A stretch of 64,000 bases of DNA from Escherichia phage ELT1. Numbering within the stretch: the first letter of the stretch is position 1; each line of letters begins with the position of its first letter. Made by a program: the position numbers and the translations under genes. This document shows positions 9,170 to 17,606 of the stretch, piece by piece. The notes below the pieces were generated by a model that saw nothing but the letters and a program-made list of their open reading frames with translations, was not told where the DNA came from and did not search any database. The stretch lies in sequence record MZ892903.1; one strand, given 5' to 3'.

Positions 9170-9731
9170 ATTTTTCTAATAATAAATCGCTTTCAAAATT
9201 GGGATTTTCCACGAATTTATCAAAAAGATCATCAACAATAGTCAAGATATTCTTTTTACTAAGAATACGCTTATTTTCATATTTTGTTTCAGAGTCAACT
9301 ATAAGAGTAAAGAAATATTTCTTTCCCTGAAATTTTACTGTAGTATCAATATAGAATAAATTTGACTTCTGTAAGTTACGTTTAAACCATGCGTCACTTA
9401 AACTATAAATGCCGAGATAATCATAATCGTCGTTTAAATAACATACTGTCCATTCAGGAGAAATGAAATCAGTAAATTCAACATCAAAATCACACGTCAA
9501 TAAATGAATTGATTCAATACTGTTAATAAGTATTCCAGGACGTATTAAAGACTTTTTACCTCTGGAAAATCTTCCAGAAAGACTTTCATTAGTTTCATAT
9601 GAAGAACCCCAATAGTAATTACGTCCTTCTGCCATGCGTTTAAGAGCATTTAGTAATTGGTCTGGAACATCAACCTGTCTTTGGAACTCTTCAAACATTG
9701 AATTGAAATCACTTTGCATTTTCATTTTCAT
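9117..9731 (-). CDS. hypothetical protein
   Basis: 204-aa ORF, no recognised motif. Confidence 0.5.
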   Translation of the reverse strand: MKMKMQSDFNSMFEEFQRQVDVPDQLLNALKRMAEGRNYYWGSSYETNESLSGRFSRGKKSLIRPGILINSIESIHLLTCDFDVEFTDFISPEWTVCYLNDDYDYLGIYSLSDAWFKRNLQKSNLFYIDTTVKFQGKKYFFTLIVDSETKYENKRILSKKNILTIVDDLFDKFVENPNFESDLLLEKFVKECREYVKAITIPSK

Positions 9732-9772
9732 TCCTATTTACTCCAAGTAATAGGGGCCGAAGCCCCTTATCA

Positions 9773-10366
9773 TTATTTCAGAGAATTAATGTATTCCTGA
9801 ACATCGGCAGAGGTAGTTTCAACCCCGGAAATATTACCGTTAAAGGTTTCAACTCGAGCAAGGGTATCTTCAATATCAACCTTAGTCAGTGCTGCAATTT
9901 CAACTACATCATCGGCAGTACTAATTCCAAGGGCATTCGCTGCACGAGTTTCACGGATATATTCCAATTTAACCGCAAGTTCTTGGCGTGCATCATCCAA
10001 TTCAACTACTTTCTTAGCGATTTCAATTCGCATTTCAGCATAACCATCAGCTTTAGTAGTCAACTGCTCAGCTGTTCGACGATATAGTAAACCGAGTTTA
10101 GCGTGCATTGTTACATCTTGACCTTCAGAAAGAAGCTTGCGAATTTCACGCTCTTTTGATTCGGCCTGTCGATTCTTTTCGACAATAAGTTCACGAATAC
10201 GCTTTTCTTCATTAATAGATTTAACAGAAGCAGTTTTTAGATCTTTAATTTTATCAAGCAATTTTGCTGCTGCAGCAGTATACTGTTCTTCGACAGATAG
10301 ATTTTTAGCCATAGCAGAACCAAGTTTAGTGCGAATAAACTCAACAATTTTCTTCAGTGTGTTCAT
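9773..10366 (-). CDS. coiled-coil protein (PspA/IM30-like architecture, tentative)
   Basis: 197 aa, long predicted coiled coil with heptad-like charged pattern; followed by a UUCG hairpin. Confidence 0.45.
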   Translation of the reverse strand: MNTLKKIVEFIRTKLGSAMAKNLSVEEQYTAAAAKLLDKIKDLKTASVKSINEEKRIRELIVEKNRQAESKEREIRKLLSEGQDVTMHAKLGLLYRRTAEQLTTKADGYAEMRIEIAKKVVELDDARQELAVKLEYIRETRAANALGISTADDVVEIAALTKVDIEDTLARVETFNGNISGVETTSADVQEYINSLK

Positions 10367-10409
10367 AGTATTTCCTTAGGTTGATTAGAAATTAAAATCT
10401 GCAGAAGAA

Positions 10410-10943
10410 TTATATCATGCTACTTAAGAGATGTAAACTATTTTTAATTTTACAAATTCGTTCAGCTTCTTCAACAGCGGCAGTGATAATGCTTTTAGCT
10501 ATAGGAGTACTAATACTAGTAGCTTTTACACTTAACACGATTTCTTTATCTTTACCAGGCCAACCCCACGATTTTTCACCATGAGTGCCTTTAATTACAG
10601 CAGACACCTCAAGTGAGCATCCATTATCACATGTTTTTACATTAACAACCCAAGTGTCACTTTTCTCAACCGGTTTATCCCAGTAAATATTAAGAATACG
10701 TGGGACATCAAATTTAGCAGGGCAAATCTTAACCGTAAGACCTTCGCTTTCTAGCCAATTAATAAGAGGGCGTTCATACATGCGGCGATGTGGGCTTTGA
10801 ACTCGACAAGCTTTGTACCCATTGCTCGCGGCTTCACTAAGCTCTTCTAATACCTGCTTTTGCATTATTGATAAGATACCATCAAAAGATTTTTCGGAAG
10901 TTTCATTCAGTTCGGTATAAAGAGACATAACAGTTTTCCTCAA
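10410..10943 (-). CDS. hypothetical protein
   Basis: 177-aa ORF. Confidence 0.5.
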   Translation of the reverse strand: MRKTVMSLYTELNETSEKSFDGILSIMQKQVLEELSEAASNGYKACRVQSPHRRMYERPLINWLESEGLTVKICPAKFDVPRILNIYWDKPVEKSDTWVVNVKTCDNGCSLEVSAVIKGTHGEKSWGWPGKDKEIVLSVKATSISTPIAKSIITAAVEEAERICKIKNSLHLLSSMI

Positions 10944-10984
10944 ATTATAGGCTCATAATATCTCAATCATGAGCCTATGTAAAC

Positions 10985-11248
10985 TTATTTCATATTATTG
11001 AAATATTCTTCTGCGATTTCATCGTTATCATGGTAAACTTTAGAAGACAGTTTAACATAACCTTCAGCAGTGAACATATTAATCACAACCTTTACAGTAT
11101 ACCACTGACCATCTTCATTACCCATTACTGCGTAAGTTTCAAACATCGGATGATCAGGACCGATAACTTTAATATCATTCACTGTACGACCAAAATCTTC
11201 TGAAACACATTTCATAAAGAAGTTGAACAGTTCGCCGTAATTATCCAT
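10985..11248 (-). CDS. hypothetical protein
   Basis: ORF 10985..11311; start moved to Met 11248 (RBS GGAGA) because an early-promoter motif lies at 11290-11325. Confidence 0.4.
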   Translation of the reverse strand: MDNYGELFNFFMKCVSEDFGRTVNDIKVIGPDHPMFETYAVMGNEDGQWYTVKVVINMFTAEGYVKLSSKVYHDNDEIAEEYFNNMK

Positions 11249-11289
11249 TTCATTCTCCAAGTTGTTTTCTGTATCAGTAGTTGATAGTT

Positions 11290-11325
11290 GTATAGTACCA
11301 TGGAAGGGCAAGGATGTAAACCGTT
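11290..11325 (-). promoter_or_regulatory. T4 early-type promoter (GTTTACA -35, 16-17 nt spacer, TACTATA -10)
   Basis: Minus strand reads ...GGTTTACATCC...TGGTACTATACA; same motif family as 15100-15136 and 15462-15500. Confidence 0.4.
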
Positions 11326-11454
11326 TTGTGAAAAAATTTTAAAAAGTTTTGGGGAATTCTAGGGCAGGGAGGGGAAATCAAAGGATAGGATAATATATTA
11401 TAAAGGGTAGAAACTAAATGATGCCTAGAGAGGTCCAGAAAGGCCTAGATACCA

Positions 11455-11482
11455 AAAAGCCCCAACCTTTCGGTCGGGGCTA
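11455..11482 (-). terminator. rho-independent terminator (minus strand)
   Basis: Minus strand reads GCCCC-GACCGAAAGGTT-GGGGC followed by TTTTTGG. Confidence 0.5.
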
Positions 11483-11531
11483 AGCCTTGCGGCAACCTTG
11501 TCGGGGTTCCACCTGCTAAGGCAAGTGTTTG

Positions 11532-11623
11532 TACGAAACGCCGGGATTCGAACCCGGTTATTAAGTAGTTGACGCTACTCAATATTTTTAAAAGGCCATA
11601 TCTCGACCATATCCGAACGTTCC
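11532..11623 (-). ncRNA. tRNA-like structured RNA (possible T4 species-1/2 stable RNA counterpart or tRNA remnant)
   Basis: Perfect T-arm CCGGG-TTCGAAT-CCCGG, 7-bp acceptor pairing CGGAACG/CGTTTCG, variable-arm hairpin GTAG-CGTCAA-CTAC; no convincing D or anticodon stem. Confidence 0.35.
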
Positions 11624-11787
11624 GTCAAAAACGCTACTCGGCTTACGGCAAAGATATTTCCTCGAATCGATAATTCGGTGCGCCGTTTCTGCTGTGATAG
11701 TAAAGAATCAGAACACAGTAAAACTGTGGGAGAAACTATACTCCAGGGAACATCAGTCCGACGACTTACCGGTAGCGACCCGGTTTC

Positions 11788-12138
11788 TTAATATTCTTTT
11801 AAAGCATCAACCTGTTCACGACGTTTACGCCATAAATCAATTGCTTCATACGCGGATTCAGCATTTCGAATTAGCCGGCATTTATGTAAAGACTTATGAT
11901 TTTGATATTGTGTAGATAACGGAATTGTATCTAAAAGGTCTTTACGATCAAAATATTCGTAACCATCTAAACCAAATGAACGATTTTTGAGAAATTGCCA
12001 ATGACCATATTCGTTTTCGACATAAACATAATCTGCATGCTGATAAAGCAAATTAATTACACGTTCAGAAATAACAGTATCATTATGATTAAAATAGAAT
12101 GTTAAATCATGAACTACTAAATAAACATTACCTTTCAT
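11788..12138 (-). CDS. hypothetical protein
   Basis: ORF 11788..12189; better RBS (GAGGA) before internal Met at 12138. Confidence 0.4.
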   Translation of the reverse strand: MKGNVYLVVHDLTFYFNHNDTVISERVINLLYQHADYVYVENEYGHWQFLKNRSFGLDGYEYFDRKDLLDTIPLSTQYQNHKSLHKCRLIRNAESAYEAIDLWRKRREQVDALKEY

Positions 12139-12217
12139 ATTTTCCTCACTTAAAGTTGGTGCCTCTAGAAAGATTTGAACTCTCACCATTAACCTTAGAA
12201 CGATTATATGCTATCCA

Positions 12218-12889
12218 TTACACTATAGAGGCAATTAAATTATTTACAATATCTTCTTTATAAACTTCAGCATAATGAAGTTCATATATTTCCCATCCTA
12301 ATGATTTTATAATATCATGGCGTTCTTTATAATAAGGGGCCAAAATCTTTTTCTTAGGATTGGAGTAATGTTGGTTTCCATTAACTTCAATAATAATCTT
12401 TTTATCTATTAAAGCAATATCCGCGCAATACGCTCGGTTTTTAACCGGTTGGTATTCTTCAATAAATGAAATTCCGTTTTCTATTAATTTAGATTTCAAA
12501 AATTCACAAGGCACAGATTTAAATTTTGTATTTTTCTTCCAAGGATGTTTATCGGGGTTTTCATTCAACCATTTTTTCCGAGCATTAGATATTTTTATTC
12601 TAGATTCCTCAGAGTGTTCTCTACCTAATGAAGCGGCTGACCATTTTTGTCTAGTCTCTTCCGAAATTACTACAGGAACACCAGTCTTTTTAGATACAAC
12701 ATACTGGTTTAAATTACCTGAAGCTATACGTGCTTTATTCATTGCTGCAATGGCTGATTTAGAACTTTCTTTATACAATTCCAATTTAGGGTTGGATTTA
12801 CACCATCTAGTGTGGTTAGCCATCCATCCTTTAGGTTTATTAGAAATATCAAATTCCATATTACAATGTTTACAAATTCTCATTACCAA
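12218..12889 (-). CDS. putative freestanding homing endonuclease: N-terminal Zn-finger-like, NUMOD3 motifs, C-terminal Vsr/DUF559-like (PD-(D/E)xK) domain
   Basis: 223 aa; CKHC...HTRWC; NUMOD3-like LGREHSEESRIKISNARKKW; C-terminus ...YCADIALIDKKIIIEVNGNQHY...ERHDIIKSLGWEIYEL; no GIY-YIG motif although it sits where T4 has segB. Confidence 0.55.
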   Translation of the reverse strand: MVMRICKHCNMEFDISNKPKGWMANHTRWCKSNPKLELYKESSKSAIAAMNKARIASGNLNQYVVSKKTGVPVVISEETRQKWSAASLGREHSEESRIKISNARKKWLNENPDKHPWKKNTKFKSVPCEFLKSKLIENGISFIEEYQPVKNRAYCADIALIDKKIIIEVNGNQHYSNPKKKILAPYYKERHDIIKSLGWEIYELHYAEVYKEDIVNNLIASIV

Positions 12890-12957
12890 TTATCTCCTAT
12901 AAAATATAGGAGTATTTATTATTTGGATAGAGCACTTAATTTACTTCGTTTAAATTA

Positions 12958-13029
12958 CTGGCGCACTTGGACTCGAACCAAGATAAAGGAGTTAACAGCT
13001 CCCCGTAATAACCTTTATACGATGCACCA
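12958..13029 (-). tRNA. tRNA-Asn (anticodon GUU), 3-bp D-stem, no encoded CCA
   Basis: Manual fold: acceptor TGGTGCA/TGCGCCA (one G-U), T-arm CTTGG-TTCGAGT-CCAAG, anticodon loop CTGTTAA. Confidence 0.55.
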
Positions 13030-13035
13030 TTTGTT

Positions 13036-13110
13036 TGGTGACCCTGGCTGGTTTCGATCCAGCTACCTATCAGTTATGAGCTGACAGCTCTCCCATTGAG
13101 CTACAGGGCC
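13036..13110 (-). tRNA. tRNA-Ile (anticodon CAU, T4 tRNA-Ile type; Met/Ile formally ambiguous), CCA encoded
   Basis: Acceptor GGCCCTG/CAGGGTC, anticodon loop CTCATAA, T-arm GCTGG-ATCGAAA-CCAGC. Confidence 0.7.
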
Positions 13111-13116
13111 TTGATA

Positions 13117-13189
13117 TGCTGATTGACGGAATCGAACCGCCGACGTCCTCATTACAAGTGAGGTGCTCTACCTACTGAGCTAAATCAGC
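13117..13189 (-). tRNA. tRNA-Thr (anticodon UGU)
   Basis: Cloverleaf GCTGATTTAGCTCAGTAGGTAGAGC...CTTGTAA...GGTTCGATTCC... Confidence 0.8.
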
Positions 13190-13196
13190 GAAATTA

Positions 13197-13283
13197 CGGA
13201 GGCGATAGGATTTGAACCTATGAGTCGCCGGAGCGACTGCCGGTTTTCAAGACCGGTGCATTAAACCACTCTGCCACGCCTCC
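13197..13283 (-). tRNA. tRNA-Ser (anticodon UGA), long variable arm
   Basis: Reverse complement matches T4 tRNA-Ser as recalled (GGAGGCGTGGCAGAGTGG...CTTGAAA...). Confidence 0.9.
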
Positions 13284-13285
13284 AG

Positions 13286-13359
13286 TCTCCGTGGCAGGAT
13301 TTGAACCTACGACATTCTGCTCCCAAAGCAGACGCTCTACCAAACTGAGCTACACGGAG
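13286..13359 (-). tRNA. tRNA-Pro (anticodon UGG)
   Basis: Acceptor CTCCGTG/CACGGAG, anticodon loop TTTGGGA, T-loop TTCAAAT. Confidence 0.85.
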
Positions 13360-13369
13360 TAAATTAAAT

Positions 13370-13443
<74 letters not shown>

Positions 13444-13448
13444 AAATT

Positions 13449-13535
13449 TGGTGCGAGAAGTGGGACTCGAACCCACAAGGAAATCATTCCGCAGCATTTT
13501 AAGTGCTGTGCCTTTACCAATTTGACCATTCTCGC
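13449..13535 (-). tRNA. tRNA-Leu (anticodon UAA), long variable arm, CCA encoded
   Basis: Acceptor GCGAGAA/TTCTCGC, anticodon loop CTTAAAA, T-arm GTGGG-TTCGAGT-CCCAC. Confidence 0.85.
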
Positions 13536-13536
13536 G

Positions 13537-13609
13537 CTGGGAATAAAGGACTCGAACCTTTGCATCTAGCAGTCAAAGTGCTATGCCTTACCAACTTGGC
13601 TAATTCCCA
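13537..13609 (-). tRNA. tRNA-Gln (anticodon UUG)
   Basis: Acceptor TGGGAAT/ATTCCCA, anticodon loop CTTTGAC; 1-nt spacer to tRNA-Leu (dimeric precursor arrangement). Confidence 0.85.
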
Positions 13610-13675
13610 ATTATTAACAAAGGCTCTCAAGCAAGAACCCTTGATGATAGAGGGTATTAATCAGTGCGGTATGAG

Positions 13676-13708
13676 TTAATAATAACAAATAATTCTTAAA
13701 GCAAATTA
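13676..13708 (-). promoter_or_regulatory. possible MotA-dependent middle promoter for the tRNA cluster
   Basis: Minus strand reads TTTGCTTTA (Mot-box-like), 12 nt, then TATTAT; about 60 nt upstream of tRNA-Gln 5' end. Confidence 0.25.
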
Positions 13709-14220
13709 AACATTTTAACAGTCGGCAAAACAATTTCTTTTTCTATATAAGAGTATTTAACACTCTCAACTACACGCAGAAAATCATAATCATAATATTC
13801 AGAAGCACTGCCTAAAATATTAATAAGTCCTTCAAGCACTTTATTACCGTTCGTAAAGAATAAGTCAAATACACGTTCTTCGTCTTCTTCGGATTTATTA
13901 CCAAGGTCAACTTCTATATCAAAGACCTTTTTAATGAATTCTGAACAAAGCTGGTCTGAGAATAGTCCTTCAACCAAGTATTCATAAATAAAAAGTGATT
14001 GCTCGCTGAACAAGCCATTACCACAATAACGTTCAGCTTTAGTACTAGAATGTCTGCTTTTAAACTTCTTTAAAAGATATTGGAATTGTAAGATTTCATA
14101 CTCTTCTACGCCAAACAATGTTTTGGTTTTATAGTTGTCACCATCATTTTCCCATGTAGTTACATCAATTACGTAACCCTGCGGAATTGTAGTACCTAAA
14201 CAAATATTCATTTTCACCAC
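13696..14220 (-). CDS. hypothetical protein
   Basis: 174-aa ORF. Confidence 0.5.
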   Translation of the reverse strand: MVKMNICLGTTIPQGYVIDVTTWENDGDNYKTKTLFGVEEYEILQFQYLLKKFKSRHSSTKAERYCGNGLFSEQSLFIYEYLVEGLFSDQLCSEFIKKVFDIEVDLGNKSEEDEERVFDLFFTNGNKVLEGLINILGSASEYYDYDFLRVVESVKYSYIEKEIVLPTVKMFNLL

Positions 14221-14504
14221 GCTGCATTAATATACGTTTTCTGAATACATTCAAGACCCAAAGGATTCTTGAAAATATCATATTCAAGAGGACCTTTTTC
14301 TGTTTCAATAAAGAAATCAAAATTTACTGTATTAAATTTACGGTCTTCCTTTACTAATTTAACTTGAGAAGATGAACGGTCAATGTAAACCTTTTCAACT
14401 TCAAAACATGTTAAAACGCCATAATCATCAATCAAGGCTTTAGCCGCGTCTTGATCATATTTATATCCATTTTCAATGGATGATACTTTAGCATAAAGAA
14501 TCAT
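14214..14504 (-). CDS. hypothetical protein
   Basis: 96-aa ORF. Confidence 0.5.
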   Translation of the reverse strand: MILYAKVSSIENGYKYDQDAAKALIDDYGVLTCFEVEKVYIDRSSSQVKLVKEDRKFNTVNFDFFIETEKGPLEYDIFKNPLGLECIQKTYINAAW

Positions 14505-14507
14505 TAT

Positions 14508-14888
14508 TTACCCTTCATCAACAATAGTATGAGTGTGGGCATTTACAATTTGCCACCAATCAAAGCGATTAGAACCATACATTGGTTTGTTCTCATTTTC
14601 TTTGATAATGTCACGGAGTTCATCTTCGGTAGCGGCTTTCGCGATTAAATCAGCATATCCACCGCGAGGATAATAATTATCACCTGCAAAAAGTAAAAAA
14701 TTTGGTTTAATATTATTGAACTCTTCAAGAGTAATAACTGTTCCACCAGGTTGAACAATATCTACATAACTATATCCTAATTTTTGAGCAGCATCTACTG
14801 CTTCAAGCAGGGTATCATGAGCCCATCCAATTTGGCAATCTGGCTTTTCAGATGGATTAGCCTGATAATCCGCGTACACTTTATACAT
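14508..14888 (-). CDS. hypothetical protein
   Basis: ORF 14508..14927; probable start at Met 14888 right after upstream stop. Confidence 0.45.
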   Translation of the reverse strand: MYKVYADYQANPSEKPDCQIGWAHDTLLEAVDAAQKLGYSYVDIVQPGGTVITLEEFNNIKPNFLLFAGDNYYPRGGYADLIAKAATEDELRDIIKENENKPMYGSNRFDWWQIVNAHTHTIVDEG

Positions 14889-14889
14889 T

Positions 14890-15075
14890 CTATTCACCTT
14901 TAGAAATTTTATCCATAACGATAGCAATTAAACCAATTAAAAATGCTACTACAAGTGAAAAAACATTTTCTGCTGTAGTCAATAATCCGCATATAAATCC
15001 AACAAACATTGAAAAACTAAAAGCGGAAGCAGAAATTGCAATAGCAACATTTCGAATTAATTCACAGCGTTTCAT
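14890..15075 (-). CDS. small membrane protein
   Basis: 61 aa, hydrophobic; RBS GAGGAG; early promoter upstream. Confidence 0.45.
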   Translation of the reverse strand: MKRCELIRNVAIAISASAFSFSMFVGFICGLLTTAENVFSLVVAFLIGLIAIVMDKISKGE

Positions 15076-15099
15076 TTTATTCTCCTCAGTAGTTGATAG

Positions 15100-15136
15100 G
15101 GTAATAGTATCACAACTAAAACCCTATGTAAACAAC
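15100..15136 (-). promoter_or_regulatory. T4 early-type promoter
   Basis: Minus strand TTGTTTACA, 17 nt, GTGATACTATTAC; near-identical to cassette at 15462-15500. Confidence 0.45.
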
Positions 15137-15182
15137 TTTGTGAAAAATTTATTACAAAAGATTTTTAGCAATAATTTTAAGC

Positions 15183-15437
15183 TCAGCTTAAAATATGCTT
15201 GGCTTTAAACAAAGCAGTTTCTTCAGCAGGGGAGATAACGATTGTAGCACCATCTTTCTTAGCGGACCATCCATCACCCAGGTAAACAGTACCTTTGATT
15301 TCTTCGCCATCAACCAGACTAATCATTGGTTTACCTTCTCGTCCTTTATTTGCTTTAATAACTTCAGAAGTAAGAGTAGCCTCGGTAATGGTAGAAACCG
15401 GGGTAGTTGTAGAAGTAAATTCTTTGAAAGTTTTCAT
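15183..15437 (-). CDS. ipI: internal protein I-like (capsid-targeted; T4 IPI is an anti-restriction protein)
   Basis: 84 aa starting MKTFKEF...ITE|A (targeting sequence and xxE cleavage context); located between tRNA region and 57B as T4 ipI. Confidence 0.6.
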   Translation of the reverse strand: MKTFKEFTSTTTPVSTITEATLTSEVIKANKGREGKPMISLVDGEEIKGTVYLGDGWSAKKDGATIVISPAEETALFKAKHILS

Positions 15438-15461
15438 TTTATTTTCCTAATTAATTTTGAT

Positions 15462-15500
15462 GAGATAATAGTATCACTACCTCATCAACGTGTAAACAAC
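15462..15500 (-). promoter_or_regulatory. T4 early-type promoter upstream of ipI-like gene
   Basis: Minus strand TTGTTTACA, 17 nt, GTGATACTATTAT. Confidence 0.45.
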
Positions 15501-15509
15501 TTTGTGAAA

Positions 15510-16194
<685 letters not shown>

Positions 16195-16195
<1 letters not shown>

Positions 16196-16920
16196 TATAG
16201 TACCTTTAGTGTATTTTTAATTTTAGAAAAAAGTTCTTCAAGAGAACCATCGTTTGTAATTACTAAATCGCCATCACGAATTGGCAATCCAGCTTCTGTA
16301 ATATGTGTATCATTGGATTTTTGACCAGGACGAACTACATGAATTACTGTAGCACCCATCGCCCTAGCCGCATCCATTTCATGATCTTGACGGGTATCAG
16401 GAACGATATAATAATCATAACCTGAGTTAAATTTATCAAGATAATCTAAAGCAAATAATTTTACCCAGTACATGCGGTCGAAGTTATTAACAATCAAATC
16501 CGTACCTAGGGCTTGCATCAGACGACGGACTGACCATTGATCTTCAATATTATTTATAACGTCAGCAATCTTGTTAAATGCTACGGAATCAACTGATTCT
16601 TGTCCTTCGTCCTCAAAAACACACACACCTTTAATTGGGCTTTTACTATTAAGATAGCAAAATGCTTGTTCCATAATCGTGATTACTTCTGATTTAGTCA
16701 GATTTAAATTAGTCTCACGATCATAGTCAATTCCTTCAAACTCTTTACGAGTTAAGCAAGGATAGTCAGTGTTTTCTGCAAATACACCCCATGCATAAGC
16801 CAATGCATCTTTAATAGGACCAGCAAGTTGATATTTAACCGCAGAATAATTGCTCATGATAAAATCAGCAGTAGTATCTTTTCCACTACGCTTTACACCA
16901 CTTAAAAAGATTAGTTTCAT
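16195..16920 (-). CDS. 1: deoxynucleoside monophosphate kinase (gp1)
   Basis: 241 aa, P-loop GVKRSGKDT; T4 gp1 length and position. Confidence 0.95.
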
Positions 16921-16969
16921 ATGTTTCTCCTCAAATTTAGTTAAGATTATAACACATGAAACTGAAGCA

Positions 16970-17500
16970 TTAAACTTCTGCTATAATTTTGCCATCTTTT
17001 TCTACTTGAAAATACGTATAAGGAATCGTTGCTGTACATACTAAAGCTGGGTCTGAATCTTCCGTGTAGCTAAATTCTACTTCAGACAAGTCAGAAACCC
17101 AAGGCTTATAAAAATTTATTGACATCACGATTTCAGTTTTACTATTATCTAAAATGTAAAGCGTGATGTATTCAGGACCTGTTTTTTGGGCAGTATTTTC
17201 ACCTGTAAGATAGTTGCTAGTTCCTAGCATCCATTCATACATTCCTATCCACGACTTAAGCTCTTCATCAACTATAAATCTCACAATGAGTGGGTCGTAC
17301 TCAAATGTAACACCTGGACGTTGTGCTCGGCCCAGTCCAAACGGCCCAGTCACGGTATCAGTAACAGGTATTCTAATTCCTGGAATAGGAACTGACTGAG
17401 CATTTAAAGTAAAAGCAGATGTAGTATTACTATGCGGTATTGATACTACAAAGTTAGTTGTATTTGCTTGGTTAAAAATTTGTTGTAGTGCTTGCGACAT
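16970..17500 (-). CDS. 3: tail completion / sheath stabiliser (tube terminator) gp3
   Basis: ORF track gives 16970..17581; Met 17500 has RBS GAGGA and gives 176 aa (T4 gp3 length as recalled). Confidence 0.8.
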   Translation of the reverse strand: MSQALQQIFNQANTTNFVVSIPHSNTTSAFTLNAQSVPIPGIRIPVTDTVTGPFGLGRAQRPGVTFEYDPLIVRFIVDEELKSWIGMYEWMLGTSNYLTGENTAQKTGPEYITLYILDNSKTEIVMSINFYKPWVSDLSEVEFSYTEDSDPALVCTATIPYTYFQVEKDGKIIAEV

Positions 17501-17606
17501 ATATTCCTCATAATGCTTTATAAATGTTGGTGGTATAATGGGTCTAAGTCCCTTCCATTCAATTCCAATTAGAACAAACAATAGAAAAGAATGGAAGATA
17601 ATAGAA

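Noticed and set aside
11694-11915. Plus-strand 73-aa ORF overlapping the RNA-rich region and a minus-strand ORF
   Set aside because: Opposite to the uniform minus-strand early transcription of this block; no RBS
16970-17581. 203-aa version of gene 3 with a 27-codon N-terminal extension
   Set aside because: Internal Met at 17500 has a good RBS and gives the 176-aa product expected for gp3; the extension has no RBS and runs into the upstream intergenic region
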